Of a stretch of DNA of 64,000 nucleotides, positions 1 through 15,528 are shown one piece after another. Both the position numbers and the translations under genes were made by a program. The DNA is taken from positions 1,240,001 to 1,304,000 of the forward strand of contig OX337239.1 of NCBI GenBank assembly GCA_946965045.2, given 5' to 3'. Position 1 is the first letter of the stretch, and every line of letters begins with the position of its first letter. Source of the DNA: Epithemia pelagica. Lineage: Eukaryota > Protista > Bacillariophyta. Under the pieces are notes generated by a model. The model made no database searches. It had not been told where the DNA came from and saw only the letters and a list, made by a program, of their open reading frames with translations.

Positions 1-1636
1 TGAAAACACCCTCGTCGTCGTATTCCAATTCATCACTGTTGTTGCTGCTATCTTGGGAGTCCTTTTGGTCTGAGACTGGGACAGAGCGACTCTTAAGGAA
101 CCTTGACAACCCTTCCGATGATTCATCCTCTGGTCCGTCTTTTTCGACAGACAGCGAGTCGCGATCCTCCGGTGTCAAAACGGCAACTGTCATCAGCCCT
201 CCATGATCCACCCTCCACAGGTTGGTCCGACAGTCAGGCATTTCAATTCCCGGTGTTGGTCCATTCATCTTTGTCCGGAGAACGGAAACAAGGGGAAATT
301 GAGACGCTTCCTGATCCTGCTCTTGTCGATCGAATGAATCGCTGCGGTCAAGTATTGCTGCCATCGAACCGAGACACTCAACGCGCAATTGGCGGTCTTC
401 GAGCAATTCTTGTTCCGAAGGGATGAATGGCATGTAACCACTATTCCGTCGTCCTTCATTGTCTCTCAAACTCCAACGACGTGCGCTGGTCATGTTGTCT
501 TTCATAAGTTTTCGTGCACTAAGTTTGGCTTTATTGGCGGTGGCAATCCAACGACGTAGCTTGTTTTGCTTCACGTTCTTTGCTTCTGATCCTTTGGAAA
601 CGGAATCCACTGACCGTTCCTTGTTGTTGTCCATCCGCATCTCCTCCTCCTGGCGAGCAGGACGTCGATTGTCTTTCTGTTTCATCATCTTCTTATCGTC
701 CAACAATCGTACACTTATTGTCGAATCGTTTGCAGTGTCATACGAAATCGACGAGAATGTCATGGAACGAGCAGGGTTTACAACGTCCAGTTGACTCTTG
801 TCGTCATCTAACACAGCAGACAAATCCCTGTCTTCGTCACGGTCCTCTGTTGGTACGACGACAATGGGAGGACATTCATTTTCATCCCTCTCCTCGTACT
901 CCTCCTCCTGGTCCATATCTTGGTCAAGGTCTACCGATGTTTGTGTCAGATCGTCTTGTTCACTGATTTTGGATGTAGCGGGGTGCATGAACTCAATTTC
1001 AATTTCGTCCTCCACCAAGAACGACGCGTTGAAGAGATCCGGCGTAGACTGGATTGTCGTCATTTGGTCGTTGTAGCCGTCATCCTCTTCCATGGACGTC
1101 ACTACGACATTAGGGACCTGGACGACCTCACAGGCTTCTCCGGACATGACAATTTTCACCGACGACGACAACAACAACCCAACGGAGCGAGCATCGTCGC
1201 TGTCGTCTTTATTTTTTTTGTCATGATCAGTCTCAACACCTGACTGGATTGTAATCGCATCCACCATGTCATCAATATCTGCATGTTGACCCGTTGTGTT
1301 TGGGTCCGATCGAGGAGATTCGTGGTCCGATACGGATCTTGTCGATCTCTCGTCTTGCATCGTCATTGATGGTTTGTTGCAAAGAGCCGGTAATTCCTTG
1401 GTACTTTCAAGGAGAATGAGTTCGACACAATCTGCTTCAGCAGAACAAAGAATATGAACCATTGGTTCCTCAACAAGAACCGTATCCTTCTTCTCACTGT
1501 TCATCTCATGGTCGTCTTGTTCTTCACGTCGATAGATCTCGGCTGCATCTACGATGGAAAGGCTCAGGTCCTCACTGGTCATTGCCGACCCAAGAGGAGA
1601 CGAATCACTATTAGTTCCTCTGCTGGCTATTGTCAT
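1..1636 (-). CDS. Hypothetical acidic, low-complexity protein, 3' end runs off the window
   Basis: Manual translation from ATG at 1636 (MTIASRGTNSDSSPLG...MTMQDERSTRSV...EEEYEERDENE...KLRRWIATANKAKLSARKLMK) stays open to base 1; absent from the ORF track because no stop is reached. No recognisable domain. Confidence 0.7.
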   Translation of the reverse strand, partial: MTIASRGTNSDSSPLGSAMTSEDLSLSIVDAAEIYRREEQDDHEMNSEKKDTVLVEEPMVHILCSAEADCVELILLESTKELPALCNKPSMTMQDERSTRSVSDHESPRSDPNTTGQHADIDDMVDAITIQSGVETDHDKKNKDDSDDARSVGLLLSSSVKIVMSGEACEVVQVPNVVVTSMEEDDGYNDQMTTIQSTPDLFNASFLVEDEIEIEFMHPATSKISEQDDLTQTSVDLDQDMDQEEEYEERDENECPPIVVVPTEDRDEDRDLSAVLDDDKSQLDVVNPARSMTFSSISYDTANDSTISVRLLDDKKMMKQKDNRRPARQEEEMRMDNNKERSVDSVSKGSEAKNVKQNKLRRWIATANKAKLSARKLMKDNMTSARRWSLRDNEGRRNSGYMPFIPSEQELLEDRQLRVECLGSMAAILDRSDSFDRQEQDQEASQFPLVSVLRTKMNGPTPGIEMPDCRTNLWRVDHGGLMTVAVLTPEDRDSLSVEKDGPEDESSEGLSRFLKSRSVPVSDQKDSQDSSNNSDELEYDDEGVF

Positions 1637-3094
1637 GAGAGAAGATGGTCCAACCTTTCTTGTATGCGAATACACAATGATGATGTATCGAAATCAACAA
1701 GGACTTTATGACCCAAAGAAACAACACAGTATTGCGGATATCTCACCGACTGAGCTTCTGGGTATGGCGGATGAGGAATCCACAAACTCTCACACAAGCA
1801 CGCACATACACACAACGAGAGTAATTCTGAGCGCCAACGGTGGCTCGACGACAGTGCTTGAGAGGGGCGATACCGTGATGATATGGAGAGAGTTTGTCGC
1901 CCCTCATCACCGAGTGTGCGCACATGAGTCTGTCTGCATTCCAAGACATGGTGGAAGGCTGTTTTTTTGTTCTTTTGTCTGTTGGGAAGGAGCCGCGCAA
2001 AAGACAACAACACTGCGAAAGTTGTGTCCGGCGTCGTTGGTTGTCTTGTACACACACCACACCTTCGAGACGGAACGTTGGACTTTTACGACATATAAAT
2101 AATGATCTTCTTGGTCTGTCTTATAATTAGAGAAAGCGTTGGATTTTTTCTTCCAGCACTGCGCACATCCCTTCATCCACACAACATAATCATGCTCCAA
2201 CCTGTTCGTTCCGTTGGTGCACCTTTCGACAGGGTGCACGATCATTGCGCTCTGTCCTGTCCGGTTGAATCATTTTGCTCGTCCAACAGAGGCAGCCTTT
2301 CCTGAAAGACTAGAATGCCCAAGAAGTACAAGGTTCATCTGATCCTAAGACCGATTCCAGACCAAATGACACATAATGCAACAACCCATTGTGATCATTG
2401 AGGAGGGAGAAAAATCTGGGGATCGTCGCATAAAAGCGACCCAACGGATACAAAGCGACCTACATGCGTCTAGTGGTTGAAAAACTTTTCCTTCGAATGA
2501 GAGCGGCGATGGGCCATGAATCGCCATAGACTCGTTTGGGCACCATCAATCATCGAAAAGGAAGAATCGTCTTGTGTTGGCTTTGTTGGTATTCGGTATT
2601 CGGTGCGAAGGGTGAATGAAAGTGAATGAAAGGGACTTGGTTCTCGGGGTCCTTGGGCTATGTTTGTTGTGTCAGTGTAGATCTCGCCGGGCGTGGAGGG
2701 TAAAGACTTGGCGTGACTCTAACTGTGGCGCCAACCGTTATACTACCCATCGCTATCATTTCCCCGAGTCGTGGACATACTTCATTAAAAATTGCACCAT
2801 TCGCTTGTCGTACCAATCTGCAACCGCTTGGAAATCTCTCACACAACAATGACGGTGGAGGCGCTCGTTCCAACCCGAAATCCGGTTTGGTGTGTGGTGT
2901 GTTGGCTGTTGGCGCTATCGTGTTGTTCTTCTGTTGTTCTTGCATCCTGCTTCTCAGCTCGGTCAAACTGTGTCCTTTGGTTTGTTCGCGGTTGCTCCAA
3001 TCAAACAGGATTTGAAAATCTTGGAGGCAACACAAGAAGCCGAGACGACTGAAATTGTAACCCAAAAAATATCGACGACAAGCAATCGCACACC

Positions 3095-4263
3095 ATGGGA
3101 GATGCTTCAATGACGAACAACGACTCTTCCTCATGTTGGGCGGTCAATGGCAATGGCATTGTCTATCAAGAGTTTTCCTGTCTGTATCCGGCATTGGAGC
3201 CATTCTATTTCAAGTAAGTATGAAATGCGAATTGACGTGTTGGGCGTCGACAAGCAACAAAAAGGTGTCTGACCAAATTTGTTTTCACATTAATGTATAT
3301 TTTGTCGCGACGCAACCTGGATCATGAACTTGTGTACTGGATACTCAGCTTTGAAAAGTATTATGACCCAATCCCTGTCTCGAATTGGATGGTGGGCCAC
3401 CCCTTGCTTCCTATTGTGACCTGTGTACTCTATGCCGTCTTAATTGTGGCTGGCCAAGCCTATTTTGATACTCGCGAGCGATGGCATTGGCGGTACACCA
3501 TGGCTGCCTGGAATTTGTTCTTGTCCGTCTTTTCCTTTATTGGCATGCTGCGAACCTCCTTTCATTTGGTTCACAATTTGACGACGCGATCCGTCCATGA
3601 CAATTTTTGCCACAATCCACAAGAAGCCTACGGCAGTGGATCCACCGGCTTGTGGGTCCAACTCTTTATCCTTTCCAAATTCCCGTAGGTATCTTTCTTG
3701 TTGTGAAAGATTGTGTCATTTTTGGAAGATTTGTCGACGCCCTTTTCTGACTGGTTACTTTTGCCTTATTTCACCGTAGGGAATTGTTTGATACCTTTTT
3801 CATTGTCATTCACAAAAAGAAGTTGATTTTCTTGCATTGGTACCACCATATCACGGTGCTCTTGTATTGCTGGCATTCTTATGTGACCAAATCTCCTCCC
3901 GGCATTTTCTTTGTCGTCATGAACTACACCGTCCATGCAATCATGTACTTTTATTACTTTTTGATGGCGGCTCGACTCAAACCCAAATTCTTGAATCCCA
4001 TCTTTATCACGGCGGCCCAAATTTCTCAAATGTTTGTCGGTGTCATTGTCACATGTTTGGGATTTTACTATTACAAGACCGACGCCTCTTGCCAAATTGA
4101 AGCCGAAAACAATACGGCGGCCTTTGTCATGTACGGATCCTACCTCTTTTTGTTTATGCAATTCTTTGTTGGACGATATGCCAGCAGCAGCAACAACAAC
4201 AAGAAAAAGGCACCATCCGGAGCCGAGTCTGTCGCAGCCAATGCCAAAGTGAAGAGAGTGTAA
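3095..4263 (+). CDS. ELO/GNS1-family fatty acid elongase (ELOVL6-like)
   Basis: join(3095..3213,3349..3684,3780..4263) with GT-AG introns keeps the frame (PFYFN|FEKYY; SKFP|ELFDT). Motifs KxxELxDT, LHWYHH (HxxHH), MNYTVHAIMYFYY, TAAQISQM; Lys-rich C-terminus. Confidence 0.95.
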
Positions 4264-4903
4264 GGACGACAATCCCTCCTTGCCTCCGATCAATCACCAT
4301 GAGTTCGGTTTGCTGGACATGAACTTGTGTGTGCGGAAAGTCCCGCATCTGAAACGCTATTTCTCTAAAACGAACAAAAAAAGGCTCTTCTATTCTTCTC
4401 TCCTCTCTGGACCATGAACATTCTGACTATTACCTACTCTTGTTACATGTGTTTGTATCCATTATTTATTATCACTACTCTAATTCCTGAACGTTACAAT
4501 GCTTTTTGGATTCTCGTGGTTCGGTACGTTTTTTGAAAACTGCTCCTCTCTAGAGGCAAGCGATGCCGAAACTAGAGTTTGCTAAAGAATACACACCTCA
4601 AATAACTATAAGGATAATGGGTAGCTATTCTGGAAATGGAAAGAGCAACTCATAGCCATGCCAAAGATAGGGGCGGCGACGACCGACGACCCCACAAAGA
4701 CAAAACAGAGAAAGAGGGGCGGAGAACAACGAAGACGATCTTCTCTGTGTCAACTAAAGAGCAGGCACAGAAGACGACAGACTCATCATCACCACACTCG
4801 AAAAAGGAAATAAGCCGACGCAGCTGGCGGTGTGTGAGAGATTGAGCAAGAGTAACATTGATCAAAGCCAGAACAAAAAAAATAGCCAAAGACTGAAACC
4901 ATC

Positions 4904-8013
<3,110 letters not shown>

Positions 8014-8781
8014 TCATCTTGAGATTGCACTGAAGGTCTATTGGTTCTGGGTATTTGTTGGTGTCGTCCTCAATTCATAAGAACATTGACTATGCCTATG
8101 CCGAATAGTTAGCATACTTCCCTCTTCCAAGAAGTTCACACCTCACTACGAGTACGGATAGCTTTGTTCATTCCCAGCCGTTGTCATTCTTGTCATAAGA
8201 AAGAGGGAAACTTCCATCCGAGCCATTCTTCTCCTGTGGCCACGCGCGCATCATCCACAAAATCCCTATCGGTATTATATATTGATTAGTATTTAAAAAT
8301 TGATAGTGAATAGTTTCAACACCGCTGGGGATACAATTTCCGCTCGATTTTGGGTTGGATGCAAATTTTCCATGTTTTCTCACATGTTTGATTCTTTTGT
8401 GGACCCATGGCGAGAATGTTCATATCGTTCGACCATGATACAGTATTTCCATTTCCCCCTTCTTCTAACCCATGATGACGATATTGCCATTGAAGTGAAT
8501 GGTGAATGTTCAATCATATGAGCATCCCTTGATGAATACCACAGCCGACAACAAAACGATCTCCGTAAAAGTCATGGCCGAAAACCTCTGCCGACTTTGT
8601 TGTATTCGACCAAAGGACGAAATCTATGTATTTTTGGCTTGTGGAGATGGTGATTCGTGTTCCAATCGTCGAACAGAATGTGTGTGATGAAAACGTCTCC
8701 ACTTCACCGACATCAACATCACTCATACTTCCAAGCCTTGCTGTGTATCGTCGTACTTGTCACCAACCAACCTAATAGCAA

Positions 8782-10530
8782 ATGATACGAGCATTTATTA
8801 TACTGGGTATCGTCGCGCCTTGGAGCATCGACTTCGTCACAGCTCGCTTTGACTCAGTACATGAGACAGCAGAAGAAGAAGATGCGTCGGAGACATCCAT
8901 TACCAAACAAGAGGCCGCTCAACGAATGATTGAAGCACTACAAGCTGTAGCGAGTGGTGATGCCCAAAACGTGGACCATGGGTTGGAGGACGAACTGTCT
9001 AACCTCTTTGGACAGTATCACAATGCCAATTATAAGGATGTGACCATGGACGACAAAGGTGATCATCGCATGTTCCAGGACCGAGCCAGCTCGTTTTACG
9101 CTGATCGGTATGTCGCCAACATGCTTGATATTGTCAACGATCCTGATTGCCGGACCAACATCCTCGATGCGTCGTCGGTAGACTTTGACGAGGGACAGGT
9201 GGTGAAGGTCTTGACTAAATGTGGCGTGGCTCATGTCCGGAATGCCATTCCACGCCACATTCTGGAACCGTACAAGAGAAATGTTACATCCTACATGATG
9301 GGTCTGGAAAATGGACGTGTGGCCAGTGACGGTCAAACGACACTGGGAGAACGGTACTTTATTCACGAAACCAGTCGCCATCGCTATGATGTATCCTTTC
9401 CCAAAGAACTCTTGAACGAGGATATCATGGCACCCGATCTCATTCTCGATGTTGTCTCGGATCACCGCGTGATTGGGTACGTTTGCCAACAGAAGGACAT
9501 GACGTCAATGGTAGAACGAGTCTTTCGCTAACAGAGCTTCATCATTTTCATTTCCTTACGTGTTTGCTTCGACAATCATTTCAGCGACAAGGTGGTGATG
9601 CGGGATTTTGGAGCTATTGTTTCGGAACCAGGGTCCAAGCTTCAGCACTGGCACGGGGATGGTCATATATATGGAGGCATGTTTGAAACTCATGGACTGG
9701 CCGGAAACGACTTGCCACCCTTCTCTGTTGGCGTCATGATTCCGTTGCTCAACACGACCATCCAACATGGTCCCACCGAATTTTGCATGGGACGCAATGC
9801 CATTGAAGGAATCTATAGCGATGAGGAAGAAACTCCAGAGTTTCATGACAATGATCTCCGGGAAGCCTATCTGGATGCCCAGAGCTATTTCAACGAGAAC
9901 AATTGCCCACCAAGTTTCTTGCGCACACCCCTCCCTCAATTTGGTGATGCTTTATTCTTTTACTTTAACGTGGAGCACCGTGGAGGAGAAAACAGGAGCC
10001 CAGACGTACGAACCGTCTTGTACCAAACGTACGTCCAGCCGTGGTACACGGATGACAATTTTGACGAGGATCCAGTGCACGACATTGGGTCCACACCCGA
10101 GTTGCAAAAAATGTTTGGTCGTGTTCGGGCGGCCGTTCCAGATTACGAACAACCTGAAGACCCCTCAGTGACTTATGGTCTGGATGATTTGGAGAAAATG
10201 GGCAAATTTGAACCACAGGGAGGTCACAAAGCGACAGAGCGTTCAAAGTCGGAACGAGAAGAGATCACTGTGAGTAATGTTGATGTCGAATTGGACAACG
10301 TCACTCTTTGTGTCATCCATGAAACTGATCCAACGGAATGTACGGAGGCCCCGAAGCCCAATGAGGGAATTCTAGTTCGAGCGTACCATGGAGAAGAGCT
10401 CCGTGTGTACCATGATGATGCACTGCTCAAGACATGGACCATTCAAGGGAATGAGCAACTCTTTATTTCCTATGCGTACTTTGACAATTGCTTGTGGGAG
10501 GACAAGTGTGGTTCGGGGGCTAAGGCCTAA
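8782..10530 (+). CDS. Secreted PhyH-like Fe(II)/2-oxoglutarate dioxygenase
   Basis: join(8782..9476,9585..10530) is in frame (VIG|DKVVM). Signal peptide MIRAFIILGIVAPW; QHWHGD (HxD), HGPTEF, GDALFF, EHRGGENRS, R-x-x-L-Y motifs. Confidence 0.8.
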
Positions 10531-10559
10531 TACATATTACTCCTAGCAGAACAAGAGCT

Positions 10560-10618
10560 ACATGCGATTGTTGTTGGAATCTGTAGCCCTAACATGCGAT
10601 TGTTGTTAAAATCTGTAG
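10560..10618. repeat. 32-bp-period tandem duplication
   Basis: acatgcgattgttgttggaatctgtag (10560) and acatgcgattgttgttaaaatctgtag (10592). Confidence 0.85.
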
Positions 10619-11001
10619 AGGTCCACGGAATCAACGCATGAGAGTGAGGTTGGGAGCAACATTATTTGTCTTCTAGATTGTTTTTGTTTGATTATTACTC
10701 TCAGCGCCTGGAGTCAATCCTCTATTCATAGTTATGCTAGAGTTCCAGTCGAACACTAGTCCATTCCGTGTTTCTTCAAATCCTCGGTGGGGCGGCTAAA
10801 GACTTGCGGCACTTCATAAGCCACCCAAAGGCGTGCAACGGGGGGTGTTAGTTTGCTCAGGCAGCAATATGATTGGGTGAGACCATGTCGTTCCACACAA
10901 AACACTTAAAGGAAAACTCAGAACGACATGTCTTACCATTTCAAAAATCAGTCCCCCCATCGCCCCCCAAACACGGATTGGCAGCTTGAAAATCTCACCA
11001 A

Positions 11002-14000
11002 GTGAGATTCCAAGTGCCGATCCGGTCGGTCGCGGCCGCCAAGTCTCATCTCGGAAAGACGACAATGAGACATTGGCCACTTTTCTGGCCATCTCATCTC
11101 GTCGATGACACACCTGTAGAAAACGTAATAGAAAAGATGGTTAGTAGGTCACACCAAACAACACAATCTTGGGCTGCTCAACAGGCTGCAGCAAGGGCGG
11201 CAATGGGCCCCCAATCCCAACGACGAGGGAACATTTACAGTCGCTTGCCAGTGCCACAGGGGCAGCGACGCTCGGGCAACCAAACCATGACAGGAGTAGT
11301 GGAGTTTGAGCCCCACATAGACTGTTATGTCTGCAGGGCTGTCCACAATGGACAAAACAAGCCACACAGAGCCCACCACATGCTCTGTCCACTCAACAAA
11401 ACAACAAAGGGCAAGGCAAAGACACAGGAGAAGGGCCAGATCCAACGACTGCTCGACAAAGCAGCAAAACAACACAAGAAGAACAACAATAGGCCAATGA
11501 ATGGCACAGAACAACTCACCCCAGGCAATGTCAGTGAGGAGGCACTGGGTGCCTTTTTTTCTGTTCGCAACAACACGACGAAACAAGTGAAGACAACGGG
11601 CAAGCTCACGTTGGAGTCGTTGGCGACGAAGAAAAAGCCAGTAGAAAGGAAGGTTGGGAAAACATGTGACAGTCACATACCAACGAGTGCACGCATGTCG
11701 GTCGAAAATTTCAAAACAGAAATTCTACATAGGACAAACATGCTGGTTGAGGCGAGTTCGATTGCTCCCAAGACCATGCGGGCTCTCGCGTCACTTATTC
11801 AGGACACGTGCCTTCGTTCAAAGCGGAGTACAACGGTTCTAGAAGATTTTTTCGAAGGTATGGAGTTTTGTGTACCGGCTTGCTCTGGGAACACGTGTCC
11901 ATTGTACGACTCGTTTGTGGGACAGAAACTCTATGTAGTAGATTGGGAACTCTTTTTTCCAAACCAAGTACTGTTTTGTCCTACATGTGGAGGTAATCTC
12001 CAGCGGACGCGGACTAATTTCTCCAAGAACAAGTCGCTTTTCCCCCAATTCGGAATAAATGGTCCCCCAAGCTACGCGATCGTGATGCACTATAGGTGCT
12101 CGGCATGTGGTGCCAATCACCAAGGCAACGAATCGCAATTTCTCGCGAAACTTCCTCCCCACATGGCCATGGCGTACCCAGTCGACCCGAAATACGCGGT
12201 CGGCAACTCGCACCTCAAGACTGACGCGACGAGACTCATGGAGCGGCTCATGGTGACTCATGGGAATGCAATTCTATGTGCAGAATATCTCTATGAATCA
12301 ATCAACCAGTGCTATATGGACAAAACTATGAGATTCTACTCGGAGCTCCTAGCGACAGACCAAGCAAGTGACCAACCTTATCCAAAGAAGGATGGCGAAT
12401 GGCTCGTGTCTTATCCCCCTCAAGCGGACACCCTTCGTCAGATATACGAGCAGGGTGCTTACTCAGACTCTGTGTGGTGGGGAGTATCCGATGTTGACCG
12501 ACACCAGCGAGAAATACAAATGGTGAAGTGTAGATTGTCGTTTGCTCAGGACCACACCTGGGAGGTGGTCAAGAACTACCTTTCCAGTTGCAAGGCAAAG
12601 GTCCTGTGGGATGTTTGCACCGAGACAGGCGAGATTGCCTGTCTTGTCTTGGTGCAATCAACAAAGCTGCAAGAGATTGCCCATGCAGCAGAGAAATTGT
12701 CGCGTCGTATCGGGTTTTCTCCCGTAATTATGTATTCCGATACCTGGCCCCACAAGGATGACTTTTGGGAACTGATACTCGGAGCACGGTTGATTGGCAG
12801 GTTGGGGTTATTTCATTTTTTGCAGCGAATTACAAAGACGCTTCGACAGCGTCATTGCGACCATGGGCAAGCACTTCGTGATTTGAAGGCTTGCATCTAT
12901 GAAGAGCACGATGAAGACCTTCAGAAAGTCATCCATGCCCTCAAGACCGGATTGTTGGGAAAGGAATACACAGAAGAAGAGATTTGTGAGATGAGAGCAA
13001 CGAAAGTCTTTGCTCAACGATACAACAAATACATACGAAAAAGGATTCGTTCGGCCGAAGTCATCAAAGGGAAACTCGACGAATTCAAGGTGAGGTACAA
13101 AGTCACCGCCTCAGATGGACAACCAGCTGCTCGTGGCCGTCTTGACCCAAAGTCGGGCCAGACTCTCTTCACTCCAGAAACACACGATGCCCTGGTGAAT
13201 TGCAAAGAGAAGGCTCAGTTTTTGGCCGACCCAAAACCAATCGAAGAGATGTATTGTGAGTTGCCACCGAATCGCAATGCAAAACATGGTCTCCCTGAGT
13301 TTCGTGCTTACCGTGGCGAGAGCAAGTTGGAGTCGTTTCACGACAACCTTGCTCATTTTGGGAACTGTGGGATGCGCGAGTCATTGGCAGATGCACTAAA
13401 TTTGTGCGGAACTGCCAGGTACAATCGTACCATTCGACACAAGCTCGCTCTGTTGGATATGAATCCAACAGAGCGAGCGCAAATCCCAGCTGGATGGGAG
13501 TCGGTTGCGCCGTTTGACAACCACTTGCAACTCGAATTTATAAACAAAATGGCAAGGGCAACTGGTGTTAGTGGGCCATTCGCCAACGTAGAACAAATCC
13601 CAGAGGACAACGGAGAACGATTTTTGTCTACTTACCTCAAGCAACAAATGGAAAGAGACAAAACCGTGCCAAAGCATCCGCTCAATGATCGCTGTCAGTG
13701 TTCGTTGTGTCAGGGCAATGCCAAGAGATTGCCCCATGACAGCTCCATTCCACCCTTTGCTTCGTCAGCTTCCTCCTCGTCTGTTGTTGTGTCTGCTTCA
13801 TCACCAACCATGGCCGAGATTTATTTGAATCCGTATTTTCCCCAAAGAGGACGGAAACAACCCAAGAGCACCGTCCAAATCGAAGAAATATCCGAAGAAA
13901 TAGACAACAGCATCAGTTGTTGCGGTGATGTAGCACCAGAACAGTCGGTTCCGGTTGCGAAGGACGCAAACAAACGAAAAGCCGGCAACAACACAACAAC

Positions 14001-14463
14001 AGAATCCAACAATCCATCCAAAAAGCAACGCATAGAGCAGCAAACGAATGAGACAGAAACTGGTGAGATGGAAGCTACACCAGGAAATGCAACAAGGGAA
14101 GTGGTAAGCTTACCTTCTTTGTCACGACAACAGGCCCAGTTGCATACGGCGACACAGCAGAGCAACACGCAACAAACAAAACAAACAACAAATCACCATG
14201 CACCACCAGCACAGCAATGCAATCGTCCACCATTCTTTGGACTCCCTGTTGCCATGGCCAAGTACTCCAACCTGTTGCCGCCACCACCACTCCATCCAGC
14301 TTTGTACCCGTGCCATCCGTTCGGCTATCCTCATCGTCCATCGCCACGAACTCAAATCCAGTTTTGTTGCGTGAAGCACAAAGAATACTACGACAGTGGC
14401 AAGAGGGGACGACCACCACACAGCAAAGACTGTCCAAAGCGGAATTTCCGAGGCTTCGATTGA
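11002..14463 (+). CDS. Putative DDE-type transposase with Cys-rich (DUF6729-like) N-terminal region and terminal Zn-finger-like motifs
   Basis: Intronless 1153-codon ORF (first ATG at 11065). CPTC...YRCSAC Cys region; candidate catalytic motifs FAQDHT, MYSDTW, RLGLFHFLQR (D/C-x-x-H-like position) and RGESKLESFH; CYVC...HRAHHMLC and CCVKH...PPHSKDC at the ends. Family assignment is from recalled motif similarity only. Confidence 0.6.
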   Translation: MRFQVPIRSVAAAKSHLGKTTMRHWPLFWPSHLVDDTPVENVIEKMVSRSHQTTQSWAAQQAAARAAMGPQSQRRGNIYSRLPVPQGQRRSGNQTMTGVVEFEPHIDCYVCRAVHNGQNKPHRAHHMLCPLNKTTKGKAKTQEKGQIQRLLDKAAKQHKKNNNRPMNGTEQLTPGNVSEEALGAFFSVRNNTTKQVKTTGKLTLESLATKKKPVERKVGKTCDSHIPTSARMSVENFKTEILHRTNMLVEASSIAPKTMRALASLIQDTCLRSKRSTTVLEDFFEGMEFCVPACSGNTCPLYDSFVGQKLYVVDWELFFPNQVLFCPTCGGNLQRTRTNFSKNKSLFPQFGINGPPSYAIVMHYRCSACGANHQGNESQFLAKLPPHMAMAYPVDPKYAVGNSHLKTDATRLMERLMVTHGNAILCAEYLYESINQCYMDKTMRFYSELLATDQASDQPYPKKDGEWLVSYPPQADTLRQIYEQGAYSDSVWWGVSDVDRHQREIQMVKCRLSFAQDHTWEVVKNYLSSCKAKVLWDVCTETGEIACLVLVQSTKLQEIAHAAEKLSRRIGFSPVIMYSDTWPHKDDFWELILGARLIGRLGLFHFLQRITKTLRQRHCDHGQALRDLKACIYEEHDEDLQKVIHALKTGLLGKEYTEEEICEMRATKVFAQRYNKYIRKRIRSAEVIKGKLDEFKVRYKVTASDGQPAARGRLDPKSGQTLFTPETHDALVNCKEKAQFLADPKPIEEMYCELPPNRNAKHGLPEFRAYRGESKLESFHDNLAHFGNCGMRESLADALNLCGTARYNRTIRHKLALLDMNPTERAQIPAGWESVAPFDNHLQLEFINKMARATGVSGPFANVEQIPEDNGERFLSTYLKQQMERDKTVPKHPLNDRCQCSLCQGNAKRLPHDSSIPPFASSASSSSVVVSASSPTMAEIYLNPYFPQRGRKQPKSTVQIEEISEEIDNSISCCGDVAPEQSVPVAKDANKRKAGNNTTTESNNPSKKQRIEQQTNETETGEMEATPGNATREVVSLPSLSRQQAQLHTATQQSNTQQTKQTTNHHAPPAQQCNRPPFFGLPVAMAKYSNLLPPPPLHPALYPCHPFGYPHRPSPRTQIQFCCVKHKEYYDSGKRGRPPHSKDCPKRNFRGFD

Positions 14464-15528
14464 TCCGGGCTGTCCATTTGTCGAGACGACAGGAAGGAAG
14501 ATCCAATGGCACACCGAAAGACATGGCGATGCCATCCAGCCATCACAACCAATCCACCCACCCAAAAACCACCTTCATTACCACCACTGCATGCCCCATC
14601 ATCGCTCCAATTACAAGAACTTAAAACATGAATCGACCAACAACCTGAATACCTGAATGACCAAGAACACAACAAGCACGACAAGATAGTTAGTAACAAA
14701 AATACGAAAAACAGAATTTATGAGACATCCATATCTTCTCTAGCCACCGTAGCACATGGAAAGGGCACCCGGAAAGTGACAAGGCTCTTGCGGAATTCGG
14801 GTGTCAAGTCAAACCTGTTGAACGACAGACAATTAAAGGTGAGAGGCCAATAAAGACAGAATGTTGCTACCGGTCTTGTAAGGGGAAAAATGCTTCCACG
14901 TACTTACCTGCCTGATCCCCCTCTGAGGACATGAAAGGTGATGTTACGACATGTCACAACAATCCTCGAAAATGCGAATGAAACGATCGAACCAGAACGA
15001 TGGAATCCAGCTGCCAAAACTCTCCCCTTTTTCCTCCCCTTCTTCTTCCTCTCCTCCCCCTCCCCTTCTCTCTTCTGCCTTGGGCCCCCCCATTTTCGTG
15101 CAAGGAAGGACAGGGATAATGGACGTGTAACATATTATGATACCAGATGGCGCCCTTGCACTGCAAGGGACGAGGCGCATGTGACCAGTCACCCCTATCC
15201 GAATTCTGAGACGCTATTGAAAGTCTTTTTTACGAATAGTTTAGGTGTAAGACACACTTCCAGTTTTCAGTGAGACATGTAGGTCTTGTCCGCATCTAAT
15301 CATTCATTTGTGCAAGAAGTGGTGACCCGGGCATAAACAGAGAACATGTGCAACTGAAACCTGAAACAGAGGGGAGAAGAGAGGTAAGGTTATTCTAGTT
15401 TCGCCTCGATGGGTCTTGATTCATGATGTCACAGCAAGATAGAATGCAAGACACTACGACTAGAATACTCGTGTCCGTAATCCGTAGTCCGTACTAGTGT
15501 CAGGAGTACCACACACGAATTTTCTTAC

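Noticed and set aside
14901-14960. TACTTACCTG resembling the U1 snRNA 5' end (would suggest a Dada-type snRNA-targeting transposon)
   Set aside because: Only a 10-nt match; no U1 stem-loops, Sm site or matching U1 fragment at the other side of the transposase-like ORF.
15143-15159. Perfect hairpin CCCTTGCA-C-TGCAAGGG as a Helitron 3' end
   Set aside because: No CTRR terminus at the expected distance and no Rep/helicase coding sequence nearby.
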